DNA of 64,000 nt from the IMG/VR virus record IMGVR_UViG_3300030372_003010. The stretch is one strand, 5' to 3'. A model generated the notes under the pieces. That model was not told the origin of the DNA, ran no database searches, and was given only the letters and a program-made list of their open reading frames with translations. Shown piece after piece: positions 8,101 to 17,118 of this stretch. A program made the position numbers and the translations under genes. The number at the start of each line of letters is the position of its first letter. Position 1 is the first letter of the stretch. The stretch is from an uncultured virus (IMG/VR IMGVR_UViG_3300030372_003010) (Duplodnaviria; Heunggongvirae; Uroviricota; Caudoviricetes).

Positions 8101-9498
8101 ATGGCTTATTTTAATCACGCTTTTAGAAAGACATTCATTATGGATGCGTATGTTGATCCTGTAGTAGCTCCAGCTTCTACTGCCAGTGGTGCACTAACTT
8201 CAGGACAATTATCTTTGTATGATGCAAAGACTTGGGCTCCACTAGATGTGGCTACCCCATCAAAATGTCAATTTGTTATTGCATCAGGTGCTCCTTATGC
8301 AGATGACAAAGTTGGACCTTTTCACGGTGGATATACAGAATCAATTAAATCAAAAGGTATTAATCCTAAATTTATTACCAAAGTATGGACTAACAAAGCA
8401 AATCCTGCTCAACAGTCTATTTTAAATATTGGTACTACACCAAGTACTGTAGGTAATGCTGGTTGTTGTCCAACTTTCTTATGTGGTGAGAACTATCACT
8501 TAAGAGTAGATGTAAAAGGATCTGCTGCATTAAGAATGTTAAATCATCAAGCATATCAAGAAATTACTGCTTACACTGGATGTTGTCCAGATGGAGCTGT
8601 TGCTCCTGTTGCTGTAGATCCAGCGCTTGTAATGATTCAGTGGGCAAAAGGAATTAGTGAAAGTGTCATTCTTACAGGTGCTGGTCCTAATGGTAACTCT
8701 AATCCAGCTCCATTTATCATTCCTGTAGTTAGTGTAGCTTCTGCAGCTGATGTTGCTGCTGGTCATATAACTACACTTTTATATCCAGAAGGTTTTGATA
8801 TAGCTGCTGCTGGATTTGTAGCTGCTGCTCAAGCTGCAGTTCAAGCTGTAACTGGTCAAGGTGCTGGTCCAACTATTAGTACTGTAGATGCATATACATC
8901 AGCATTTGCTGTTGGAGATTGTGCAGGTTTAACACTAGTTGGTGCTTACGAAGAAACTAAGTTTGGAGATTGTACTTTCCAACCTTCAGATTTCTACGGA
9001 ACTGAGCCTCTAAGGTTATTTGCTTCTGAAGTAGATTTAAATGGTGATCCATGTGAGTTTACGGGAATATGTATTGAGCATGAGTGTAAAGGTAGAAAAC
9101 CACAAGGACTTGGTGAGACTGTAGCAAGAGATTTTATCTTATCTGAATCTTACAGACAAGTTCCTTTTGCAACTGACTTAAGAATCCGTGAGATTACTCA
9201 AGGAAATGATATGTTAGGTACTGCTGCTGGTCAAGTAAATAGAACTGCATTATATGACAGATTATTTATCTTACATAGCATTCCAAGATACAACAATCCA
9301 ACAGGTACATTTGATAATGATCAATACTTACTTGAGATTGCTGCTGAAACAGGTGCAGGTGCTGCATTAAATACTCAGCTTGTTAATCTTGCAGATGATA
9401 TTAAAGTTGTAACAGATGCTGTTGGTAATGACTGTGTTGCACAAGCTGCTGAGGCAGGTGTTGCATGTGCCGCTGCAAGTATTATTGTAGCAGTATAA
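8101..9498 (+). CDS. Abundant structural protein, probably auxiliary capsid / decoration protein
   Basis: 465 aa, Ala/Gly/Cys-rich. It has its own doubled promoter motif and its own terminator, suggesting high copy number. Position matches crAss-like auxiliary capsid genes. Confidence 0.55.
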   Translation: MAYFNHAFRKTFIMDAYVDPVVAPASTASGALTSGQLSLYDAKTWAPLDVATPSKCQFVIASGAPYADDKVGPFHGGYTESIKSKGINPKFITKVWTNKANPAQQSILNIGTTPSTVGNAGCCPTFLCGENYHLRVDVKGSAALRMLNHQAYQEITAYTGCCPDGAVAPVAVDPALVMIQWAKGISESVILTGAGPNGNSNPAPFIIPVVSVASAADVAAGHITTLLYPEGFDIAAAGFVAAAQAAVQAVTGQGAGPTISTVDAYTSAFAVGDCAGLTLVGAYEETKFGDCTFQPSDFYGTEPLRLFASEVDLNGDPCEFTGICIEHECKGRKPQGLGETVARDFILSESYRQVPFATDLRIREITQGNDMLGTAAGQVNRTALYDRLFILHSIPRYNNPTGTFDNDQYLLEIAAETGAGAALNTQLVNLADDIKVVTDAVGNDCVAQAAEAGVACAAASIIVAV

Positions 9499-9517
9499 TA
9501 TAATTAATTACTCATAT

Positions 9518-9556
9518 AAGGGAGAGTGAGATCTAATTTCTCCTCTCCCTTTTTTT
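9518..9556 (+). terminator. Rho-independent terminator
   Basis: AAGGGAGAG(T)GAGA / TCTCCTCTCCCTT stem plus T tract. Its 3' arm TCCTCTCCCTTTTTTT is identical to that of the 4034 terminator. Confidence 0.85.
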
Positions 9557-9568
9557 ATTTCATCTAAT

Positions 9569-10111
9569 ATGGCAAATCATGTATTAAGTTTAGAAATACC
9601 TCCTGTAGGAAATGCCTGTGTCATGAAGATTTTTGATACAAGTGTATATTCTGCACAGGTTGCTATTTTTGAACCAAAACTTCAAATTACAGTTCCTGGG
9701 TATACTTATGCTACAGAAGTTCATTTTCAACCTGAGTCATCTTGCAATTTAACAGCTTGTGATTTAGGATTGCAAACAGAACACTGCGGTCAATCATATG
9801 TGAATTTACCTGATGGAATTTATGTAATAAAATATGTAGTAGATCCAAATCATGTGGTCTATGTAGAGTATAACCATTTAAGAATGACTCAGGCTATGGA
9901 TTTATATCAAAAGATTTTATGTGATATAGATGTGGCAGATTGTGATCCACCTAAAGCTGTAAAAGATAAATTGAATCATCTTAGATTAATTAGAATGTAT
10001 TTAGATGCAGCAAAAGCTAAAGTAGAAACTTGTCATGAACAACAAGAAGGTATGACACTTTATAATTATGCACTAAAACTTTTAAATAAATTAGATTGTA
10101 GACATTGTTAA
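9569..10111 (+). CDS. Conserved crAss-like structural (ring / fibre-docking) protein
   Basis: Ig-like N-terminal part with LPDGIYVIKY and a helical C-terminus AAKAKVE...LYNYALKLL; synteny. Confidence 0.5.
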   Translation: MANHVLSLEIPPVGNACVMKIFDTSVYSAQVAIFEPKLQITVPGYTYATEVHFQPESSCNLTACDLGLQTEHCGQSYVNLPDGIYVIKYVVDPNHVVYVEYNHLRMTQAMDLYQKILCDIDVADCDPPKAVKDKLNHLRLIRMYLDAAKAKVETCHEQQEGMTLYNYALKLLNKLDCRHC

Positions 10112-10122
10112 ACCAAAATTAA

Positions 10123-10132
10123 AACCAACAAA
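10123..10132 (+). promoter_or_regulatory. AACCAACAAA leader box
   Basis: Exact copy ending 3 nt before ATG 10135. Confidence 0.5.
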
Positions 10133-10134
10133 TT

Positions 10135-10290
10135 ATGGCAGCAGGATCAAGATGTTCAAACTGTGGAAAACAATTATCATGCGGATGTCAAAAAAGAACG
10201 GCATCAGATGGAAGACAAGTTTGTTCAACATGTATAGCAGCTTATGAAGCTAAAATAAAACAAGGTAACTTAAACAAATTTGTAAAATAA
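10135..10290 (+). CDS. 51-aa Cys-rich (Zn-finger-like) protein, missing from the ORF track
   Basis: MAAGSRCSNCGKQLSCGCQKRTASDGRQVCSTCIAAYEAKIKQGNLNKFVK, with CxxC-CGC-CxxC. It fills the gap between two genes exactly. Confidence 0.75.
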   Translation: MAAGSRCSNCGKQLSCGCQKRTASDGRQVCSTCIAAYEAKIKQGNLNKFVK

Positions 10291-10291
10291 A

Positions 10292-13159
10292 ATGTCACTT
10301 ATATATTATCACTATAGAGTAACTGATTGTTGCAATGGTAGTAACGTTATAGATATTAGGTTAACAGTTGATCCAACAACACCCGATCCTACAGCATTAA
10401 GTGGTGTTTATACTTGGGATATTGCTGATACTATAGTAGCAGGAGCTGGTGGAATATTTGAATTTATTAATGGAAACTGTTATCTTTTTGAATTTAGAGC
10501 TTTAACAGGTCTTTTATATCCATTTATTAGTGATAGCTCAATAACAGCGGTATCTTTAGGAAAGTTTTCAGACTGTACTTCAGCTGGAGCCTTGTGCCCA
10601 GATTGTGGTCCAAAAGACCAAAATTATATAAAAGCAGACCCTTGTTGTGGAGGTCCTGCTATATTTTTTAGAGGTGAGCCTTATATAGGGGGGAGTCAAG
10701 GAGGTTCAATGCCTTCATTTAGTCTTTTACAATACACGGGTGTACAGCAATATAATATTGTTGCACCTCCTGTACAAGGGTATCCTTTATTTCCAGGAGA
10801 ATGTTATACTTGGTCAGTTGGTACAGTTGGTGATGGTTTACCTGGAGCACCTGCTGATATAGCAGAATATAATCTTTTATTTTATCCTCCAGATGCTAGC
10901 GCAGATATACAGTTTATACATGCTGATGATTGTACTTATTCTGATTCAGATGTAGGATGTCCAGTTTGTGATCCTATATGTTATCTATTAACTGCTTGTG
11001 ATGGAACACAAATACAAACTACTATAGAAGACTTTGCAGCTGCTGTAGGAACTTACGTTACACTAGCAGGTTCTACAGAATCTTGGTTTGTTGAAGTAAA
11101 TGAAGGTGTTTGTACAGATCCTGTGCTAACTTTAGAAATAACTAGTTTTGAAGCAGAACCTTGTCCTTGCAACTGTTATGAAATAATTAGTGCTCCAGGA
11201 TTAGTTACATATATTGATTGTAATGGTGATCCTCAGTCTACATATGCTCCAGATAAGTTTTGTGCTCAGTCACCTCCTTTAGTAAAAGAAGTTCCTGGTG
11301 AACCTTCAGCTGTTATTGTTGAAAGAGGTCTTTGTGAGGATGGAGTTTGTGTTGAAAGATGTTTTCAATTAATTAATTGTGAACCTGAAAAGTATCCAAA
11401 TCAAAATGCAATACTAACCTCAACGCTCCAAAGTTTATTTAAATATATAAATCCAAGTTCTGTAGTTGAATTAGCAGGATATGAAGGATGTTGGACTGTT
11501 ACAGAAGCAACCTGCTTATGTGTATCTGTTAGTATAAACGGAATATCATATTTAGCTAATTATTCAGGAAGTACGCATAATAATGAAAAAGTATTTATTT
11601 TAGAAGTACTTGGAGTTACTTATTATATTTGGGCAAATGCTGCTGCAGGTAGTTGGATAATTAGTCAAAATGTAGGTAGTACTATACCCGCACAAGTAAT
11701 AGGAGAAATAAAAGGAGGTATTACAAGTTGCCCAATAGCAGATGAAACCGTTTGGGTAGTAGGAGTTCTTCCTGATGGTAATCCTGTAACAGCAATAATA
11801 ACTTCACCATGTTCTGATGATAATGCTTGCAAATGTCCTGTAGATGTAACAGTATTACAAGAATATACTAGCTGTATAGAATGTATAGGTCCTATAGCAT
11901 ATAAATTAACGGATTGTGAAAGTGGAGAAGTTACATACAGCATTCAAGATTTATCTGCATATATAGGTAAAGTTATAAAAGATGATTGTAATTGCTGGTT
12001 TGTAGAACAGATTACGCATGAACCACCAAGCAGTGTTACTATAAGTAACATTATAGAGTTTACAGATTGCCCATCATGTCTAGCTACATTTTATACATTA
12101 ACGCCTTGTGATCCAGCACATGCAGATGCAATAATAATTACTCCTTCAAATTTATCACCTTATTTAAATCAAGTTGTTCAAGTAGAAGGTTGTATAGGTT
12201 GCTATACTGTTGAACTTTATGCAGGTGTAGGACAACCTCCTAGTCAACAGCCTGTAGAAGTAACAGTTGCTTTTGAAACATGTACAGATTGTGAAACTTT
12301 AGTAACAAGATGTTCAACTGTTTTTAATACAACTACAAAAGAACAAGTATATTCATACATAGATATTAATGGAGATACTGCATCTACAGAAACAGTTCCT
12401 TCAGGAAAGTCTTCTTTAAGACATTGTGTACAAAAATGGGATGAATCAATTCCTGGTATATTTAATTACTATGGAGATTGTAATGTATTTGAAGTAATTG
12501 GTGCTGCTAATGGTTGTGACTGTGTTACTATCTCAATTGAAGGAGAAGAAGGAGCATCTTTTATAGGTGATGCAAACTGGAATGGTACAACTAATGATGG
12601 TAAAAATGTTTATTCTTTTGAAATTACTGTATTAGGTGTAAACATCACTTATTATATATGGTATTCTCAAGCTCTTAATGGATGGTTTATAGGTCAAACT
12701 ATAGGTACAGTTGCTCCTAGTGACATAGGTAGTTTTGAATCAACAGAGGATTGTCCAATATTTACAGATGCACAGTGGGTAAAAGGTGTTTGGCCTGATG
12801 GTCAAGCTCTTATATTGTTAGAAACTATAGAGAGTGAAGAGTGTGTTAAACAAAAAACTAAAATAGGAGAGTGTCCGCAGTATTTTCCAAATAACAGAAA
12901 AGTAAAACCTGGATATAATACACCTATATGCTCTTCAGAAAAGTATGATAAAATTACATGTAACTTTGCAGAAATAGCTTATAAAGAAGCATTAGCATTA
13001 AGATACGGTATATCTAATTGCTGTCCTGAATTAAATGAAAAATGGTTAATAAGTAAAGAACTAATAGAATTACAAGCTTTAAATGATCCTCAGTTCCCAT
13101 GTCCTAAAACAACTGATAGTTGTGTTAAGACTGGGTCTAATTCTTCTTGCAATTCTTAA
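10292..13159 (+). CDS. Cys-rich modular structural / fibre protein
   Basis: Repeated (C/Y)xLxxC...CxxC modules, two copies of a ~100-aa beta domain, and a C-terminal LRYGISNCC motif. Confidence 0.55.
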   Translation: MSLIYYHYRVTDCCNGSNVIDIRLTVDPTTPDPTALSGVYTWDIADTIVAGAGGIFEFINGNCYLFEFRALTGLLYPFISDSSITAVSLGKFSDCTSAGALCPDCGPKDQNYIKADPCCGGPAIFFRGEPYIGGSQGGSMPSFSLLQYTGVQQYNIVAPPVQGYPLFPGECYTWSVGTVGDGLPGAPADIAEYNLLFYPPDASADIQFIHADDCTYSDSDVGCPVCDPICYLLTACDGTQIQTTIEDFAAAVGTYVTLAGSTESWFVEVNEGVCTDPVLTLEITSFEAEPCPCNCYEIISAPGLVTYIDCNGDPQSTYAPDKFCAQSPPLVKEVPGEPSAVIVERGLCEDGVCVERCFQLINCEPEKYPNQNAILTSTLQSLFKYINPSSVVELAGYEGCWTVTEATCLCVSVSINGISYLANYSGSTHNNEKVFILEVLGVTYYIWANAAAGSWIISQNVGSTIPAQVIGEIKGGITSCPIADETVWVVGVLPDGNPVTAIITSPCSDDNACKCPVDVTVLQEYTSCIECIGPIAYKLTDCESGEVTYSIQDLSAYIGKVIKDDCNCWFVEQITHEPPSSVTISNIIEFTDCPSCLATFYTLTPCDPAHADAIIITPSNLSPYLNQVVQVEGCIGCYTVELYAGVGQPPSQQPVEVTVAFETCTDCETLVTRCSTVFNTTTKEQVYSYIDINGDTASTETVPSGKSSLRHCVQKWDESIPGIFNYYGDCNVFEVIGAANGCDCVTISIEGEEGASFIGDANWNGTTNDGKNVYSFEITVLGVNITYYIWYSQALNGWFIGQTIGTVAPSDIGSFESTEDCPIFTDAQWVKGVWPDGQALILLETIESEECVKQKTKIGECPQYFPNNRKVKPGYNTPICSSEKYDKITCNFAEIAYKEALALRYGISNCCPELNEKWLISKELIELQALNDPQFPCPKTTDSCVKTGSNSSCNS

Positions 13160-13164
13160 TAATA

Positions 13165-13176
13165 ATTTGTATATTA
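13165..13176 (+). promoter_or_regulatory. Putative phage promoter motif ATTTGTATATTA
   Basis: Variant of the recurring motif in a 32-nt intergenic gap. Confidence 0.5.
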
Positions 13177-13191
13177 TAAATAACAAGAAAT

Positions 13192-14856
13192 ATGAAACCT
13201 TTAAATTTAGATAATAAACCTTGTAGCCCTATCTCTTCAAACTGTATAGTTTGGCAGGGACCTGACATTCCATGCATTAATTTATGTACTGGAGATAGTG
13301 TTTCTGAGGTAGTACATAAACTAGCTACAGAGCTTTGCGCAGTATTAGATACATTAAAAGTTTCTAACTATGATTTAACATGTTTTAGTACAATAGCTTG
13401 TGGTCCCCAAGACTTTCAAGCTTTAGTTCAGTTTATAATTGATCAGCTTTGTGCAGTTCAAAGTGGAACAACTGCTTCTTCAACTGCATCTTCTAAAGGA
13501 GCTACTTTTAGTATAGCTCGTGCTAGTGAAACTTGTCCAGATTGTGTAGTAACAGTGCCTGAAGAATTTGTGGTAGGTACTCAAAAAACAATGCAGTTAG
13601 TAGATTATGCTGTAACAATGGGTGAAAAAATTGCTAGCATTGTTTCAGAAATAAGTTTGATGAATGATCAAATTACTGACATAACTATCAGAGTAACAAA
13701 TTTAGAAAATAAACCAGATCCTACATTTCCCGCATTAACACTTCAGTCAAAATGTGATATTGGAACAGTACCTGCTTCAACAGATAGCGAGGTTCAGGTG
13801 ATTTTAGAACAGTTTTTTGATGCATTATGGTGTGATTTTTATACAGTAACAGGTACTATAGCTTCATTAACAACTGCTATTGGTAGTCAATCAATTGCAA
13901 ATACAGATCTTACATTAACTAATCCTGCTGCAAATTATCAAACTCAATATCCAACATGGGTCACAACTCCAGGAACAGTATCAGATACTATAACAAACAT
14001 ATGGTTAGCTATTTATGATATTTATGCAAGTTTACCACCTACAGCGGTAACTGTTCAAGAGACAAATACTGTACAATTAAGTATAACAGCAGATTTAGAA
14101 ATATCAGCAAAAGTTAAGGATACGGGTTGGGTAGATCTTAATGGGTTTGATTTTTATTCTGGAACAGCTACTAAACCTCAAGTAAGAAGAATAGGAAATG
14201 TTCTTCACTTTAGAGGGTATGTTTTTGTGCCACTTGATAATGGTGCAGGAGGTATTCATGGATTATCTAGTTATTCTGATTATAATAATATACCAACTTG
14301 TATTCCAGGAACTAGTGGAGCAGGTGCAGTATCAATTAGTACTGGTGGAGTAATTTCGTTTAATGGTGGATTAAGTGTAATACCTACAGCAGTAACAACA
14401 AATAATTTAGATGCTGATTATAGAATGCCTTATCCTGCTGTATTAAATAGACCTATTATAATTACAGGAACAGTAGGTACTTCTTTAACAGCTGCATCTA
14501 GAATAGCAATAACAGAAGCAGGTGTATTGTATATTGCATCTCTAAGAGATCAAGAACAAATTTCTTCTGCTACAGGAGTTATAGGAGGCTCTCATCTAAG
14601 ATTTATAACAAGTAATGTTAGATCAGGAGAAAGTATTCCTAATTATATTAATACTGATACTGATATTCATAACTTCCCAGCAGCAGGTGCAAATAACCTT
14701 GTTGGAGAAACTGACTTTGATGGATCAGATTATACATGGCCTTTTACATGTGATGCAGGAGACTCTGGTAACTTAGGAGGATTTTTTGCAACTATAGAAG
14801 GTTTAACTGCATTTTTAGCTTGTGATGCAGACATTGTAGAGACTACATGTTATTAA
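13192..14856 (+). CDS. Tail fibre / spike-like protein
   Basis: N-terminal CIVWQGPDIPC motif, coiled coil, and a DTGWVDL...VRRIGNVLHFRG motif typical of fibre head domains. Confidence 0.6.
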   Translation: MKPLNLDNKPCSPISSNCIVWQGPDIPCINLCTGDSVSEVVHKLATELCAVLDTLKVSNYDLTCFSTIACGPQDFQALVQFIIDQLCAVQSGTTASSTASSKGATFSIARASETCPDCVVTVPEEFVVGTQKTMQLVDYAVTMGEKIASIVSEISLMNDQITDITIRVTNLENKPDPTFPALTLQSKCDIGTVPASTDSEVQVILEQFFDALWCDFYTVTGTIASLTTAIGSQSIANTDLTLTNPAANYQTQYPTWVTTPGTVSDTITNIWLAIYDIYASLPPTAVTVQETNTVQLSITADLEISAKVKDTGWVDLNGFDFYSGTATKPQVRRIGNVLHFRGYVFVPLDNGAGGIHGLSSYSDYNNIPTCIPGTSGAGAVSISTGGVISFNGGLSVIPTAVTTNNLDADYRMPYPAVLNRPIIITGTVGTSLTAASRIAITEAGVLYIASLRDQEQISSATGVIGGSHLRFITSNVRSGESIPNYINTDTDIHNFPAAGANNLVGETDFDGSDYTWPFTCDAGDSGNLGGFFATIEGLTAFLACDADIVETTCY

Positions 14857-14903
14857 AAAGTAAAAAATTAAAAATTATATATATAAATTAAAATAAAAAT
14901 AAA

Positions 14904-16403
14904 ATGGCTTGTACAAATTGTAATACCCCTAGTTGTGGATGCTCTGGAACTCATGTGGTTTCAGTAACGTGTCCACCAGCCTGCTCTGAAGTGTTTAACA
15001 TGCAATGCATTGTTTATACAGGAGTAGATTTAACGTGTGATGGAGATACTGTAATTTCTAGAAATGATTATTTAGATGAGGCTATCACAAAATTAGTAAA
15101 CTATGTATGTAGTAAAGTGGCACCACCTGCTAGTGTAGTAGCGGGTAGCACGTTTATTGATGTAGTTCCTACAACAGATCCTGTTACAGATGTAACAACT
15201 TATACTGTATCTGCTGATATGGCTCAATTTGAAGTATACTTTGCTCCCATCATTACTAATCAAATTTTAGCAAAAATATTAGCTGGACCTGCAATTGATG
15301 TAGCAGTAGATACTGGAGCAGGAACAGTAACTATATCTCATCAAGATACATCTACTGTGGTTTCTCCACTAGCTGTTACTGGTACAGGTAATACCTTTTT
15401 ACAAGCTGCTAGTTTTAGTTTTGATACATTTGGTCATGTAACGGGTGCAGCATTTACAACTGGTACAGTTACTCACCAAAATAATTTTGTAACTGCTAAA
15501 ATTAATCCAGATGCAGGATTTACATGGGGACCAAATAATAATCCTACAGATCTTCAAACTGCAGAGGCTCCTGGAGATACATTAAACTTTGTAGCAGGTG
15601 AAGCAATCTATTTAAATGGAAGCACCGTTCCTAGTACAGATGCGATTAGAATTTCATTTGCAGGTTTATCAATAGATTCTGCTTCTGGTCTTAGCGGTGA
15701 TGGTACTGCAGCTAGTCCATTGGTAAATAGTAAAAATGTATGGACAAGATTTACTGCTGATGATGGTACTTTAGTAAATGCTGATACTACTAATGATGTC
15801 TTAGCTGTTGTTGGAAATGGAGGTGGTATTCAAACTACAATAGACCCACTAACAGATACTTTAAAAATTGAAAACACGCTTCCAAATGTTGATCAAAATG
15901 TATGGACAAGGTTTGTTGGTGATGTTGGTGCTGTAGATGCTGATACTGACACTGATATTTTAAATGTTATTGGGGCAGGTGGTATTACAACTACAATAGA
16001 TCCTGCAACGGATACTTTGGAAATTGAAAATACTTCTCCAGCAACAAGTGTAGCATTAACTTCAGCTGGAGGTACTGAAACTTTAGTAAATGATGGTACA
16101 GGACCTGCGTTGGCAAATAAAGGTCTTACTGCTGGTGATGGTATTAGTCTTAGTAGTGATGCAGTTTCTGTTACTATAGTTGCTGATGTACAAAGACAAC
16201 TGCTATCTGGTGTTGGTTGGACTGCTGGAACCGTTACTCCACTTTCTATTACTCACGGTGTTGGTGAGACTTATGTTCAAATAAGAGCCTTTGATGGTTT
16301 AAATGATGTAACAGAAGGTTTACTTATAGCTTTGGTAAATTCTACAACTTTTACAATAGATCATCCTACTAGAAATGTAACTGACTTATTAGTTATAGGA
16401 TAA
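14904..16403 (+). CDS. Tail / head fibre protein with internal repeats
   Basis: N-terminal CIVYTGVDLTC (paralogous to ORF 13192), DTFGHVT motif, tandem ~50-aa repeats, and a C-terminal ITHG...VQI domain. Confidence 0.6.
   Translation: MACTNCNTPSCGCSGTHVVSVTCPPACSEVFNMQCIVYTGVDLTCDGDTVISRNDYLDEAITKLVNYVCSKVAPPASVVAGSTFIDVVPTTDPVTDVTTYTVSADMAQFEVYFAPIITNQILAKILAGPAIDVAVDTGAGTVTISHQDTSTVVSPLAVTGTGNTFLQAASFSFDTFGHVTGAAFTTGTVTHQNNFVTAKINPDAGFTWGPNNNPTDLQTAEAPGDTLNFVAGEAIYLNGSTVPSTDAIRISFAGLSIDSASGLSGDGTAASPLVNSKNVWTRFTADDGTLVNADTTNDVLAVVGNGGGIQTTIDPLTDTLKIENTLPNVDQNVWTRFVGDVGAVDADTDTDILNVIGAGGITTTIDPATDTLEIENTSPATSVALTSAGGTETLVNDGTGPALANKGLTAGDGISLSSDAVSVTIVADVQRQLLSGVGWTAGTVTPLSITHGVGETYVQIRAFDGLNDVTEGLLIALVNSTTFTIDHPTRNVTDLLVIG
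15735..16034 (+). repeat. Tandem ~50-aa coding repeat (NVWTRF...AD...D.L..G.GGI.TTIDP.TDTL.IENT x2)
   Basis: Two copies starting at 15735 and 15897, similar at both DNA and protein level. Confidence 0.8.
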
Positions 16404-16410
16404 TAAAACT

Positions 16411-16480
16411 GTCGCAGGTTTGTTGGTTTCTGTGGCTAACAACAAGAAAGCCCTCACACTAGTGGGGGTTTTCTTTTTTT
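16411..16480 (+). ncRNA. Candidate structured 3'-UTR RNA / sRNA: hairpin with loop UUUGUUGGUU, then a terminator
   Basis: Stem GTCGCAGG (16411-18) pairs with TCTGTGGC (16429-36). The loop is the exact reverse complement of the AACCAACAAA leader box. Confidence 0.45.
16444..16480 (+). terminator. Rho-independent terminator
   Basis: 14-bp stem AAGAAAGCCCTCAC / GTGGGGGTTTTCTT, loop ACTA, followed by a T tract. Confidence 0.85.
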
Positions 16481-16514
16481 ACTATATTTGTTATACTTGC
16501 TAATCTCATTAATT

Positions 16515-16526
16515 TTTAGTATATTA
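16515..16526 (+). promoter_or_regulatory. Putative phage promoter motif TTTAGTATATTA
   Basis: Exact copy immediately after a terminator and 10 nt upstream of ATG 16537. Confidence 0.65.
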
Positions 16527-16536
16527 TTTACATAGT

Positions 16537-17118
16537 ATGGAACCATTTAAAACACCAAACTTACAGGCTCCTAGATTTAGAGCAGACACTTATGAAGTTC
16601 TAAATAAAGAGTTCTTTGACAGATTTAGAGAAAAATATCCTAGGTATAATAAATTAAAGGATAAAGAAATAAGATCAATTATTAAATCTTTTAATAAATT
16701 GGCTTTTGAAACAGTGATTGATAATAGAAATGGTGTAGAACTACCTGAGTCATTAGGTTGGCTTTTTATAGGAACTTGTCAAGCTAGTAAAAAGAAAAAT
16801 GTTGATTACGCTAAATCTAGAAAATACGGTGTTAAGGTTTCAAATAAAAATTGGGACAGTGATGGTAAGCTAGCTAAGATTTTTTTTACAAACCGTGAAA
16901 TAAAACATAAATTTAGAAATAGAGAGTTTTGGGGATTCATAGCTTGTAGAGAATTTAAAAGAGCAGTTGCTAAAACATATCCAGAAAACTGGAACAACTA
17001 TATAGTAGTTGATCCAAGACAAAAATTAAAATTTGCTTTTGGTAAAAAAGTAGCTAATGAAATAAGATTAAAAAAGCAAGAACATGCTTTAAAGGACTAT
17101 AATGAATTTGACTTATGA
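16537..17118 (+). CDS. IHF/HU-like DNA-binding protein
   Basis: Basic 193-aa protein. Helices followed by GVELPESLGWLFI resemble the HU/IHF 'V.L.GFG.F' segment. IHF-like genes precede tail genes in crAss-like phages. Confidence 0.5.
   Translation: MEPFKTPNLQAPRFRADTYEVLNKEFFDRFREKYPRYNKLKDKEIRSIIKSFNKLAFETVIDNRNGVELPESLGWLFIGTCQASKKKNVDYAKSRKYGVKVSNKNWDSDGKLAKIFFTNREIKHKFRNREFWGFIACREFKRAVAKTYPENWNNYIVVDPRQKLKFAFGKKVANEIRLKKQEHALKDYNEFDL

Noticed and set aside
15912..15920. Additional TTTGTTGGT matches inside coding sequence (also TTGTTGGT near 37760 and 49945)
   Set aside because: They encode ordinary F/I-V-G codons and have no flanking stem, so they are probably chance matches.
13192..16403. 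Diversity-generating retroelement target in the fibre genes
   Set aside because: No reverse transcriptase gene and no adenine-specific TR/VR repeat pair were seen. The repeats present are in-frame tandem domain duplications.
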